DNA of 64,000 nt from Klebsormidium nitens (taxonomy: Eukaryota; Plantae; Klebsormidiophyceae): assembly GCA_000708835.1 (NCBI GenBank), contig DF237011.1, positions 124,001-188,000 of the forward strand, written 5' to 3'. The position numbers and the translations under genes are program-made. How positions within the stretch are numbered: the first letter of the stretch is position 1; each line of letters begins with the position of its first letter. Positions 24,382-36,500 of this stretch are shown piece by piece. The notes beneath the pieces are model-generated. The model worked only from the letters and a program-made list of their open reading frames with translations, made no database searches and was not told the DNA's origin.

Positions 24382-27300
24382 ATGGCGGGTCAGGAGGGTG
24401 CACCCAGTTCAGGGCATTCTGATGGAGGCCTTTTCGGAAAATTGATGCATACCGTCATTGACAATGTGGGCCCAAAACTGCAGGAGGCAATTGCACACGT
24501 TGAGAAGCCGTCTGCTGATGTCACAGGTAAGGAGCTATCCAAACACTGATCCGCGCCATTCAGCATTGCCTATGTGTGATCTAAGTCCGCAAACCCCCAG
24601 CCCAACTGTGCAATGAGGCGTCAATGCATGCGCTGCACAATAGGTGCCGTTTTCGTCAGGTTATGAGTTGACTTAAAATTCCGGCTGGGTTCCGATTAAA
24701 CATAGCAACAGAATCCCAAATGCATCAATGGTGAAGTTACAGGAACGTGGAGTAAATTGGAGCGACTGTCGCCCGGGATGTCACATTAATCACACTAAAC
24801 GCAGCACTGTGGAAGCGACCGCAATGTTGACACAAAACCTACCTTTTCTTGTTGCTTGTTGGGCCAATTTCTGTCAGCAAGCTCGCGAGGGGCTAGTTTG
24901 CTCAGCTGGCACTTATTTACAAATTGTTCAGTGAAGAGCAGGACTTTCTCAAAGCACTTGCACCATCGCCTATGCTCGTCATGCAGATTGAGTTTGCGGC
25001 GCAAGTCGCATTGGGTACTCTTTGAGAGATCATTGTGTGTATATCAAGAATCTCCTGGTCTGTGGTCCTGCCGTCGCACTTTTAAGCCAGCAACGTGTGC
25101 ACTCTTAATCGGTAATGAGCTCGCCTTCCAAAGAGTGTGTTTGTTGCCCAAGCTACAGCGTGCGTCAGGATCACACGCTGCCCTTGATACTATAGAAGTT
25201 TATGAGGAATGTTTTGTGCATCTCTTATGTGTTACCCAAGGAGTCGTTCATCAACTCGCGAATCGCAAAACGGAACTGTTTTCCAAAGGTGTTTAAGGGT
25301 TCCCGTTTGATTGTTGCTGGCAGTCCGTGACCAATTTTCCTCCTGCATAGTTGGAGGGCTTTGTTTCTTTCTCAGTCACACCTTTTGGTGGTCTGAGAGT
25401 GGAAGCTGTGTACTGTGAGATCTTAAAGGACAGAAGTGAAACGGCCATGTCCAGTCATTTGGCATTGACACGCGTTGCCTGTCCCAGGTGTTTCGCTGAA
25501 GGGCCTGACGCTAGACGCTGCGACGCTCGCTTTTGACGTCGGGGTCAAGAACCCATACCCGGTCGCACTTCCCCTGCTTGATCTCAATTACAAGGTGGGC
25601 TGTTCAAGATTGCTGTAAGTCACTGACTGCCGTACTGATTGCTGAAGTACGTACTGCAACTAAACTTACGCTTTCAAGACAGCCCCGACGTGCAAGTGGG
25701 CCCCCCTTTTCTCGCTGATGTCACCTGGTTATCTTTAACCTGACGTCCGACTTATCAGCTCCCTGCTGCGAATCCAGAGCAATGGCGCCTAGCTGAGCCG
25801 AATCGTTTTCGCAGCAACAGGGTCTGGCTGGTTCTGTCCATCAACTTCTCTGTCCCCTTAAGGATACACGTAGCTCCTCTCTCAGCGTCAAGCTTTGTGA
25901 AAGTAAGCAACAGACAAAACCCTTGAGCTGACGTCAGCGTTTCTACCACTCCTTTGATACAGATCCACAGCAACGGTGCCCAGCTGATGGCGGGCACGCT
26001 TCCTTCCTCCGGAAGCAGCATCGAACGCGTGTCCGGGTCTGGCTGACGTCATCTCCCACATTGTCTAACCTCCAGTCAACTACTCGGTCCAAATCCTCCG
26101 CTAATGTCATCACTTCTCTCTTTGTCGCGCAGATCCACAGCAACGGCGCGCAACTGATGGCTGGGACACTCCCTTCCTCTAGGAGCAGCATCAAACAGTG
26201 TTCGGGTCTGGCTGACGTAATCCTCCTCTTTGCCTAGCCTCCTCTTGACCATTCGGTCCAAAGCTTCAGCTGATGTCATCAAACTCTTTTTCTCACGCAG
26301 ATCCATAGCAACGGCGCGCAGCTGATGGCCAGCACGTTGCCTTCTGCCGGAAACAGCATCGAACCGTGTTCGAGTCTTGCTGACGTCATCCTCCAGACTG
26401 CTCAGCCTCCAATTAAGTAGTCGGTCCGAAGCTTCAGCTGATATTATTACTCTCCTTTTCTCGCGCAGATCCACAGCAACGGCGCGCAGCTGATGGCCGG
26501 AACGTTGCCTTCCTCCGAGAGCCGCATCGAACAGTGATCGGGTCTGGCTGACGTCATCCTCCCCGTTACCCAGCCTCCAATTGACCATTTGGTCCCAATC
26601 TTCAGCTGATGTCATCACTCTCGTTTCTTGCGCAGATTCACAGCAACGGCGCGCAGCTGATGGCTGGCACATTGCCTTCCGCTGGGAGCATCGACCCGCT
26701 TTCCACACGCAGCCTCCAGATCCCGGCCGCCTTCACGTTCGCCACACTCTACAAACTCGTGCAGGTAAGATAGGACTCTCCCGCTTTACGGTATTCAAGT
26801 CTGCCTTTTGGAGGGAAGCCAACTAGTCATTGTAACTGCTTGAGGCTGTGCCGAGGCGTTTGCCACGCTTTCAAGCTCGTGCAGGGTCAATGTCTTCGGG
26901 CTCTGTGATTTAGATTCGTGGGTAAGCTCTGAGGAAGCAGCAACCCAAGCGAATTCGTGCTTCGAGGGGCAGTCTAGTAATTGATGATTGCTTCCGAAAG
27001 GCAACATACTTTCGCCGGGTGACGTTTGCTCTTGAGAGTTTCCCACCTCGCCTGCGAAAGACACCGTTCCTAATTGCTCTTTGAACCACGCCCAGTTATT
27101 GCTACTCCATTCTCATTCCGCCAAGCTTTGCCGTCTTCCGGGCAGTGGACCATTCCTCGCAGATCATGTGACCCGAACCGTTCAAACCCTGCTCTTCAAG
27201 TAGGATAAACACCACCTGCTTTCAAATAAGCTATCTCTTTCCCCAAACTCAAGCAGATTCTTGTTTCCAGAGGTCTTCTTGACTTAGCTACAGCAAGCAT

Positions 27301-29209
27301 TGGGACTGATGACCCTCTAATTAGCACCAATAACCCAACCCTTTTGAACATGCGCTGACCCGCACCCACTGTAAACCCCAAAGTAATCTCACCCGTCCAG
27401 GCGCACGCGCTTAGGCTTTCGGTACTGTGGCACTCCGGAACGATTTTGTCGGCTTGGCTGACGCTCTGCTTCCACTATCGTCGATATTGTTTTGTATTTG
27501 TTTTTATTCCTTCTCTTATTCTCAAAAAGACGTTTATTATCCTCAGGGTATCCGACCGGGAGCGCTAATTCCGTACGTCCTAGAAGCCAGTCTGGGAATC
27601 CACGCCCCAGTGATCGGACGGTTCGACATCCCGTTCTCGAAGCAGGGCCAGCTGCCAATCCCGGCGGTTCCGGAAGTTGACGTCGAAAGCATTGCGTGGA
27701 AGGACCTGTCCTTGGATAACGCAACTGCAAACATGCGGGTGAGTTTTGGTTCCCAAACTGAATCGTAAGTAAAAGCGGAACTCAATCTGTCTACTTGCAA
27801 CCGGTTTGCAAAACCCGTGAATCCTTCTGATGATGACGTTGGGGGGATTGCGCGGAAAGACTGGTCGAAGAATTTTGAAACCGCGAACATGAGGGCAAGC
27901 GTCCGGTCTTCAATCGTCGCTTTTCGTCCGTCTCTTTCCGACGAGTGCTGTTCGTGAAAATGGTCCTTAAAAGTCAAGCGCTCCGCATGGCAGGACGTGT
28001 GTATGGAAAAGCGACGGCAAGGATGCGGGTGAGCTTTCCTTTCCAAGATCTGTCGTCCTTTATCCCTCTGTTTGCAACACCTTCAGAGCTGTTCTTAAAC
28101 AAAGGCGCGCAAAGTGGCCGATGCTGCGACAGATCACTTGCATGTTTGCGGACGGTATAGAAGCTCCTGACGCCACAGTTGAAAGCTTGTGATCAGAGCT
28201 CACTTCCAGCCCTTGCATGGGATGCGTGACCGCACGCGCTTTCTGCAAAGCGTTCAATCGCTGACGTCTTCGAGAGCCTCAATAAAATGTTTTAACGCCA
28301 AGGCAGTAGTGAACATGTCGCTACGCGTCGGCACTCTGTTACACTAACCACGACCTTAACTAGCAGCATCCCATAAGAATTTGAACCTTTGTAGCAGAAC
28401 TGTTTCGGACAAACTGAACGAGTTCGAACTCGCCTTCAAAAAGCTGGAATGCAACCTCTCGTAAGACCGTCCGTGCGTCTGAAAGTCTCTGCTCTCCCGC
28501 AGATTTCCATTCCTGTCGGTCTCCCACCAACCGATTCTCCCTCTGCTGACCGACGTTTCTCCCTTCATTCGCAGCTGAAATTCGGCTCGAGAAGCAACTT
28601 CGACCTCGGGTTGAAACAGCTGGCATTCGACCTGTGCTTCGGCAGTACGTCCTACCCTTACAGCCCTCAGCAGAGCTATCAGAGTCGACCAACCAGCAAC
28701 TTGATTTCGCTCTCCGGATTGACCAATTTCCCTGACTTTTGCAGTTAAACATCGGCAACAAGAACGACTTCGACTTAGGCCTTAAACAGCTGGCTTACGA
28801 CCTCTCCTTAGGCGGCCACCCAGTCGTCAAAACTTCCATTTCAAAACCCACGACGCTCGCGAAGGGCCAAAAGGGCGTGCTCGACATCCCGTTATCCTTT
28901 AACCCAATGGACCTCGGGATGGCGGTCTTCAACATGATTAGCGGTCACGGGGCCGGGTACGGGCTCGCGGGGTCGATGGATGTCGACACGCCGTTTGGGC
29001 CGTTACACTTGCCGTTCAATAAGATTGGGGAGACGTTATTTGGGGGTTCCGGGAAGAAAGAGTTGGATCCGAGCACGTTAGCGCAGGGGAATGCCGTTGG
29101 AGCGACGGAAGGTACGGTGCAAGTTGACCCGAATGCGAGGGGAATGCAAGTGGATGAGTCCGAGACGAATGTAACGTTGGGCAATAGCGGCGTCATCTCG
29201 ACGGGTTGA
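24382..29209 (+). CDS. LEA2: LEA_2 (double WHy domain) desiccation-related protein, At2g44060-like, 345 aa
   Basis: Exons 24382-24526, 25488-25594, 26636-26764, 27547-27738 and 28745-29209 join in frame (1038 nt). Motifs KPSADV, VKNPYPVALPL, NKNDFDLGL, GYGLAGSMDVDTPFG. Confidence 0.92.
25925..26700 (+). repeat. Tandem 167-170-bp repeat: branch point + acceptor + 5' half of LEA2 exon 3 (five copies including the real one)
   Basis: cag|at(c/t)ca(c/t)agcaacgg... at 25963, 26133, 26301, 26469 and 26636. Confidence 0.96.
27700..28810 (+). repeat. LEA2 intron 4: two donor echoes of exon 4 and two acceptor echoes of exon 5
   Basis: Exon-end copies end at 27894 (gc donor) and 28028 (gt donor). Exon-start copies begin at 28575 (LKFGSRSNFDLGLKQLAFDL) and about 28395 (NEFELAFKKLECNLS). 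Confidence 0.85.
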
Positions 29210-31273
29210 CAGCCCGATTTTCTAATTGCAAGTCAATTAGTAACCCACTGACGGTATAGCTTAAGGTGTTAGGCCTTCACCGTGTCTCACAGACTTGCTT
29301 CCCAAATCGTCTCGTCAAAGTACAGATTCTGATAGTGTATAACCCGTTGCTTTTGACCCTTGCTTGATATATCAAGAAGTTGATCTGTGGTTATAACTTC
29401 ATAGGCTTGATAACTGAATAAGACCTTTTAATGCGAGCTTCAATACCGTCCGGCCCTACCTGATTCTTGTTGGGACAGTTTTATTGGCCGCGCTAGTAGC
29501 CTAGTAGCCTAGTAGCCTGAGGTTGTTCCAGAATTCCATTTTTATTTGGAATTTGTACCAGGGTGGCCGCGCATGCTAGTGAGATTATGGATCAGTTGAA
29601 TTCTGATTGTCGAGTTAGCTGAGCTCCACAGTGTTTCTCATCATCCCGGAACTTTGCAGGCGTATGTTTACGCCGGGACCTGGCTCTCGTGCAATCTGTC
29701 TGCCCGCGCACGGTTCAATGTAGCTGCTGGCAGCCTGGGCAGCCCGGCGGCCAGGCATGAGATTTCTGCCCGGGTGCCAGTTGTTAGGTGACGACGTGAA
29801 CCATTGAAATCCACACATGATGGCTCTTCACGATATATGCTGCAATTCATTGACCATCTAGCTAGCTCGTACCAGGCCGCCAGCCAAGAGCGCCTTGATC
29901 AAGATGGTCTGCGCCACTGCCAGACGGTATATGGTTTGATCGATTGCAAACGGCCAGCCAGCTATATTGATTGATAGCTTGAAGTGCATGCAATTCACTG
30001 AGTATCTTATGATGTTAAGTGGAGCCTGATCCGAGTCAGCCTGCACCGAGCGCGGCGCGGCGCCATCGATCTGGCAAAAGCTAGCCTAGTATAGAGCAGC
30101 TAGGTGAGCTGACCTAGCTTCGCCCGCGGCGCGGCTGGGCCCACAACCATGGCCGGCCAGGATCGGTCAACCCTGTTAGATCGATATTATTGCATGCATT
30201 GAGTAATTAGTATATTTAGTTGAGTATGATCATAAAAGGCGCAACATAAACATGATGCATGATGCATGTCAGTGCAGGCGGCATAGTGTGCAGTCACCAA
30301 CTTATTGTCCGTCAAATGTACGCGCGGGACGGTGGCTTATGAAACATCACAATGAATCGATGCGATACAGGATCCGCATCTTTAAGTTTGCAAGCGACCA
30401 GATAACGGACATGTCCAGTGGCACATATGAGGCGGCTTGACGGAAATGGCTGAAGCGGCACGTATTGCAGCTGCTAGAAACATCCGACAATGCAAGCTGC
30501 TTGATCGAAGGCCATCGATCATGCATGCTAGGAGGGTTGATCATGGTATGTTCTACTTCATCGAAATACAACCGCACAAGAACCTGGAACCATAAACATG
30601 CTCACAATCGCATCTGTACCGTCCAATGACTCAAGCTCTTGGGCGCGTGTTGTTCGCTCCTTCATTTACTTGGGCGGCGCTGTGGTCAGTCGCGTCAGCT
30701 GAACGCATACGAAGAGGTGAACCGAACAGCTTGAGAAGAGCAACAAGAGTGCGCAGCAGGCCCGACAGCCTTCTGCTTGAAGCTTTCCAGACAAGAAAAG
30801 GGTCTTGTCGACTTTCGTACACCCGAAATATTCTCGTTGGCGATGAAACTTGACCTTGTCAATCCAAAAGACTCACGTTTTAAAATTGTTCTTGACATGT
30901 TACTGTCAAAGTAGCAAGGAAGAAGCCCTCCTCGCGTTTGTGCTGGAATCTCCCCATCGTATACTGCAAGAAGAGCAGCTCACTTTCAGGATGATGGGTG
31001 CAAAGCTGAATTCAGGCACGTCAACTTTTGCATCTTCCACTACAACTGTCCTACCTAGAAACAGTTTGAAATGAGGAGAAGGTTTGCAGTGGGAGACACA
31101 AGACTGTCTCAAGGGTTTCAAGGCCATCTCCTGCAGGTTTGGAAGGATCAAAGGTTGACAATTTGACGATAATGTGTTCGCCTGATGCAGCCCACCTCGC
31201 TGATTGCTACCGGAACCCTCATGTACGGTTCTGCCAAACTGCGTGCATCGTCCAATTTTGTTTCCTCACCAAG

Positions 31274-32730
31274 CTATGACGTTCCCACGATGATGTTGTT
31301 GATTGGGATGAAGATCAGCTTCACAAAGAAGCCGATGAAACCCATGACAGTCATCCCCAACGCCGTCTGAATGGCAATCTTCGAAAACTCTGCATGGCAA
31401 GCACATCGCAATCAGCAACCTCCGGGCTGACTGCAATCTAGTGGTGAGTACCGATGCATGAAAGAAGAAAAGCAGCGCGAGACGCAGCCAGATCACCTTT
31501 CCTGTAAGACTGAGAAACATCAGCAGGGCGTTTGGAAGCTAGGATACTTAGCATAGAAAAGCTCGTGCGAATTGCTCAAAACAAGATTGTTTATCATGTG
31601 AATCCCGCTCCCTCCTACAGTCTACTTTGACAAACAAGATAGGTGCCCTTTCAATAAAAGGGCCAAATGAATCAGTGCAAGGACGGGAAGTGTGTGTGCA
31701 CATTCCAATACTCCGAATGCAATTGCGAGACTACTCATTGAAGGCACGCAATCTGGTGGAGGAGTATTTGAGGATTTGGTGACTTCTTCAGCTTGCTTAG
31801 TAATATAGCTGATAACTTGACCAACCACTGCTGTTTAGCAAGGGGAAATGAAAGAGTGGCGGTTAAAAAGAAAGAAAGTGAGGCAAAATAGAGTACCTGG
31901 TCCACTTCAATAATTGTCTCAAATAATTGTGGCACTCGGATAAACAGACCTCCAATCAAGGTTCAAAAGCGTGTCGACTCGAGAACGCGTGGGCATGCAA
32001 CTTTAGTCAAAGTCTAACACAGTCCCCGACCACAAAGTCAGAGCCCCAGCAGACTCAAACTAAATTCCTCTGAAATACATTCATTCTACTTTAGGTCTGT
32101 GGTGGTAGCATCTCATCCTCTTTGCCCGGTATTCTCCTAATCTTCCAAATCAGACACTTCGCTCATAATCAAAGCATCGACAATGCGCTATCATCAGGAG
32201 CACTGCTCAACCCATTCAGGAACCCTAAAGTCCAAACCCTAGAAGCAACACCCTCAGTGCCAATCCGTGCAAAGCAGATGCATCGCGACTGGTAGATTTT
32301 GGTAAAGCGACTGGTAGATTCGGTCATATAGGTCTTGCAATTGAGCCAAGTAATGAAAGGCCACAACTCTTCCCGCAGTCTGACCGTTGATCCACAAGAT
32401 GATTTCACTGAGTTGTAATGTATGAAGGTGCCAATCCCTACTTGAAGGCACATTCCCAAAAAGGCCTCATGAATCTAATGCGCTTATGACAGTTCCTGCA
32501 GATCTGTGCTGATATCTGCAGTCCAACAGATCAGTAGCTGCTGCTAGATTAGTTTTTCTTAAACGGATGCGAAGAAGTTCAATGGAGCTGAATTATGAAG
32601 CAATAAAAGCAATTCAGAGCTGCAATCTCTGCTCACCTTTCCGGTCCGGCTTTTGACACCTGTTGATCAACCTGATGCTATCCTTCGCAAAATTCTTGAT
32701 CGGCTTTGTCACAAACTCCGCAGAATCCAT
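31274..32730 (-). CDS. SEC61G: Protein transport protein SEC61 subunit gamma, 69 aa
   Basis: Exons 32730-32637 and 31389-31274 give [69 protein letters not shown]. Confidence 0.96.
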
Positions 32731-33507
32731 AGCGCTGTCTTTATAGACTGCTAGCTCGCACAGTCTACTTCCTCCCTCCTCCCGTCTTTCTCTACCCTTC
32801 TGACAACTGTCAACCAAAAGGTAAACGCCGCCGATCGCTTCAAATTGCACAGTCTCTGACGCAGAGCTCACGACGCAGCGGGCAGAGTGCTCAGGGATCT
32901 TATATTTTGCTCAAAGAAGGAGCTGGTGAGCTCGTTGACTGAACAGACGGAGGAAGAGGTTTGAGCTCAGCGCGAGCGCCGCCTGATTCAGAGAGTCGGC
33001 TGCAGCTAGAAATCAGGACAGAGGGCCAGCAAGACTGGGACTGCAGAAGTCAAACCTCTACAGAGTATACTTGGTCATCACTAACCATTCAGTTTGACTG
33101 TTAGCACGTCTCTGTCAACCTTGCCCTTCCACAAAAACCGCTTGAAGAAAGCTCACCCAGAGAAGCCCTAAAAAGGTATCCAAGTCTTGGCAAAACAAAA
33201 ATGGTGTCAAAGAGAACAAATGACCAGGTTAAGGGCCTAACCTGGCCTAACCCAGAAAGCGGTTGTTGCAAGAAGAGACGAATGCAGCAAATGCAACCGT
33301 AGCTGAAGGGAGAGAGAGGCGTAAAGACGCGGCCATTGATTCTTGTTAGGCCCTTATGGTCCTTGAAAGAGCTTGGAATGGAGCATTGGCATTTTTTGTA
33401 AACAACGTAAAGGAAAGAAGCAGACGGGAGCTCGTTGCATACGCTCGTTGCTCGAGCGTTCAATCAGGTTGAACATAGAGCTTTGAGAGTAGGAGAGGTC
33501 TGGAGCG
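32731..33507. promoter_or_regulatory. 777-bp divergent region (SEC61G / ERD2-related)
   Basis: Inferred from head-to-head start codons only. Confidence 0.55.
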
Positions 33508-36500
33508 ATGGGGACGGATCGACGAGCAAAGAACCCTGTGCAGGCGTTTGTGTGGTGGGTGAAAAAGCAGCCCCCCAAAGTGAAGGCGCTCCTAGGGACC
33601 CTTGCGGGGATTGTTGCTCTGATCTTTCTGAGGTTGGTTGTGGATGACCATGACAACCTGTTTGTGGCGGCGGAGGCTATTCATGCGGTGGGAATCGCTG
33701 TCCTGATCTACAAGCTCATGAAGGAAAAGACATGCGCAGGTGAGTATATTAGCCAGCTCCTCCAAGCTCTCCTTCATATCCATTTCTTTTCTCATATATA
33801 TAAGATCTCTCTGTTTTTTAGCTTGTAAAACAAAAAGCACCCGTATTTTTGTTGGACCGCTCTCAGCTCTTTTGGCACCTTCTGGTTTTCTACAGGCCAC
33901 AGTCCTGCGGTTCTCTTGTCATTTTGCTCTTCTTTTTAGTGTGTATCCCTATCTGCGTCCATTGGCTGATGAGATGTGCATTTGGCTGCCTTTGCAAGCA
34001 CTCCTGGTTCATTTCTCATCTGAGTGAAGTCAGCTGCCAGTGGTCTAAGAAACTGGCTTCTTGCGCTCTCAATTCTTTTGAACTGCTGCGCATACCTTTC
34101 TTGTGATTGCATGCATAAGTACTGTCCCTATGTGAAGTCTCTGCAGACATGGTTGTCATGAGCTGTTTTCCTCAAGATTTCAGATCCCTCGGCAGTCTAC
34201 TCATTCGCTTAGTTGAGCAAATTCTTCCCAGACCACCTGGTTTGATTGCAAGTGTTGCAATCTAGGGTTTTATGTGCAAAACTGCTGGAAACCCAGCCTC
34301 ATTGGGGATGGCATCCTGGGTGCATTGTGATTGGGAGGTCTCTAGTCCATCTGTCATTGATAAGGTCAAGGAGGAGGGTGGGGTTAGCTTGGTGATGAGG
34401 GTGGGTTCAGGTTCGAATGCTTGGGTTCGAATTTTACTTTGTCCTTGCACTAAACATAAGAATTTTTCCATAGTATCACTTCTTATGGTAAGTGGTCCTG
34501 TTCAAGAGAAAAGCTCCGTAGCAGCATGGCTTGGTTGCGTTTCCTCCCGTTTCTTCTTGTGTCGCCTTGTCTTACATGGTCATAGGTTGAAAGCAGCGCA
34601 ATCCTGGTGTATCGTCAACAAAAGCATCACTTGAATGTCCTTGTTCGGCTGCAGTGCCCTAGCTTGGCTGCCGGCTTTGAGCATGCTATGTGTGGTCTCA
34701 GGTATCACACTTTTGGTGATTTTTTTTCTGAGATGTTTCTGATAATCGGACATGGTGGTGTTCTTTCAATCAGGGACGTTTTGGAATACTCTCTCTTTTA
34801 TATGAGCCTGGCCAATTCGCGCCACTCTTTGGCGGTCTCATTTGCTGATATATGCACTATCCTGACCTTTGTGGACAAAGACGTGTGCACAAACCACCAT
34901 TGCTGTGGTGGAACGCTTCTCTTTGACTTGTCTTCATTTCACGCACTTCGTGGGAGTTCCTTTTAAGTTCGCAGTGTTCTGAGCAGACGACCCTTCTGCG
35001 TGAGGCAAGCATAAACCAGGACCACTGACTTTCCTTCATATGGGCGCTTCTTTGGCACACAGAATCAAAATATTGTTTGAGCCGAGGCGGAAGACACTAT
35101 TCGCACTTCAACGATGCCATTTCTTAAGTCCAAGTAAGTTTTCGTTTGGAATGCATTGTTGTACTGGCGATCTATTTGGCGACGCGGCTCTAGTGCAGCC
35201 ATGGTGACTGGAGAACCGGCCTCTATTAAACTCACACTCTAGGCTCTTGCAAGTGATTGTGCATTATTCCAAAACCACGGATCTTCCCACCTCCATGTCC
35301 TTCTCCGCAGGCCTGTCTCAGATTTGCCGAGAGCTCATAACAATCTTGTAGCCACACCGGCTCTACTTCATCGTAGTCATGGAGCACCAGCCTTAGTGAC
35401 ACTAGAGATCAAACCCCCAGAAACCATGACTGCCTTCGTTCCTCAGAACAAAGACTTTCCCCGTGCAGGCTCCTCTTTGTGAAGAGCTAGGATCTGACGG
35501 CAACCTTCTTAGCCGCATGGCTGTACTGCGGCGCAGTGATGGAGAAGCAAATCTCATGACAGCTCCCGGAAATCCTCAATTGGTTCATTCCTCAAAACGA
35601 AGACTCCTATTGTGCGGGCCTCTCCCTGAAGAGTTAGGAGCTGACGGTGACCTTCCTAGCCACGCGGCTGGCAGCATGGTCACGAAAGATCGACTTTTAC
35701 CAAGATTCAAATCCTAGGTTTCCAAAGTGTCGAAGCATCATTTCAAGAGCAACAATCTATCTTCGCAGGCCTGTCTCTGAAGTGCAAGGAGCTGACTGCG
35801 ATCTTCTTGGCGACGCGGTTCTACTCCAGCGTGGTGATAAGTGTACTGGTTATCTTCGAGAATTTTGTGCTATTTTGTAGGAACTAACGACTTTCTCCCT
35901 GCAGGCCTGTCTCTGAAGAGCCAGGAGCTGACGGCGATCTTCCTAGTCACGCGACTTTACCGCAGCGCGGTCTTGAAGCACGGCATCTACCAGAGTCAAA
36001 CTTTAAGGATTGAAGAAAGTATTAAAGCATCTTTTGACAACAGCAAATCCTGTCTGCAGGCCTCTCGTTGAAGAGCCAGGAGCTGACGGCGATTTTCCTG
36101 GCGACGCGGCTCTACTGCAGCGTGGTCGCGAAATAGCGACATCTTACCAGAATATAGATCCTAGGCTTCCAGCTTCTTTCAAAGAACTGCAAAATTCTCT
36201 CCGCAGGCCTGTCTCTGAAGAGCCAGGAGCTGACAGCGATCTTCTTGGCGACGCGGCTGTACTGAGCCTCTTCATTCCCTCATTGACTTCTTAAGAACCA
36301 GGAAGTATAGGCTCCCAGAAAGTCAAATCTTTTCGGTATTGAATTTGAAGACATCTGCTGTGCAGGCCTGTCTCTGAAGAGCCAGGAGCTGACGGCGATC
36401 TTCTTGGCGACGCGGCTCTACTGCAGCGTGGTCATGGAGTACGACATCCACACGATCCTGGACTTGTGCACTTTCGCGACCACCGGATGGGTCATCTACA

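Noticed and set aside
26076-26708. 210-aa minus-strand repeat protein
   Set aside because: It is the antisense reading of the LEA2 echo array.
25925-26764. Dscam-like mutually exclusive exon cluster
   Set aside because: The copies are half-exons without their own donor (or acceptor), and they carry stops and frameshifts.
31470-31515. Echo of the SEC61G exon-1 donor (ggaaag|gtga)
   Set aside because: Only about 10 nt match and it is 1.1 kb from the exon, which is compatible with chance.
35160-36440. CRISPR-like repeat-spacer array (also considered for 1913-2490 and 25925-26700)
   Set aside because: The units are whole tandem duplications of exon/intron junctions in a eukaryotic gene. There are no unique spacers and no cas genes.
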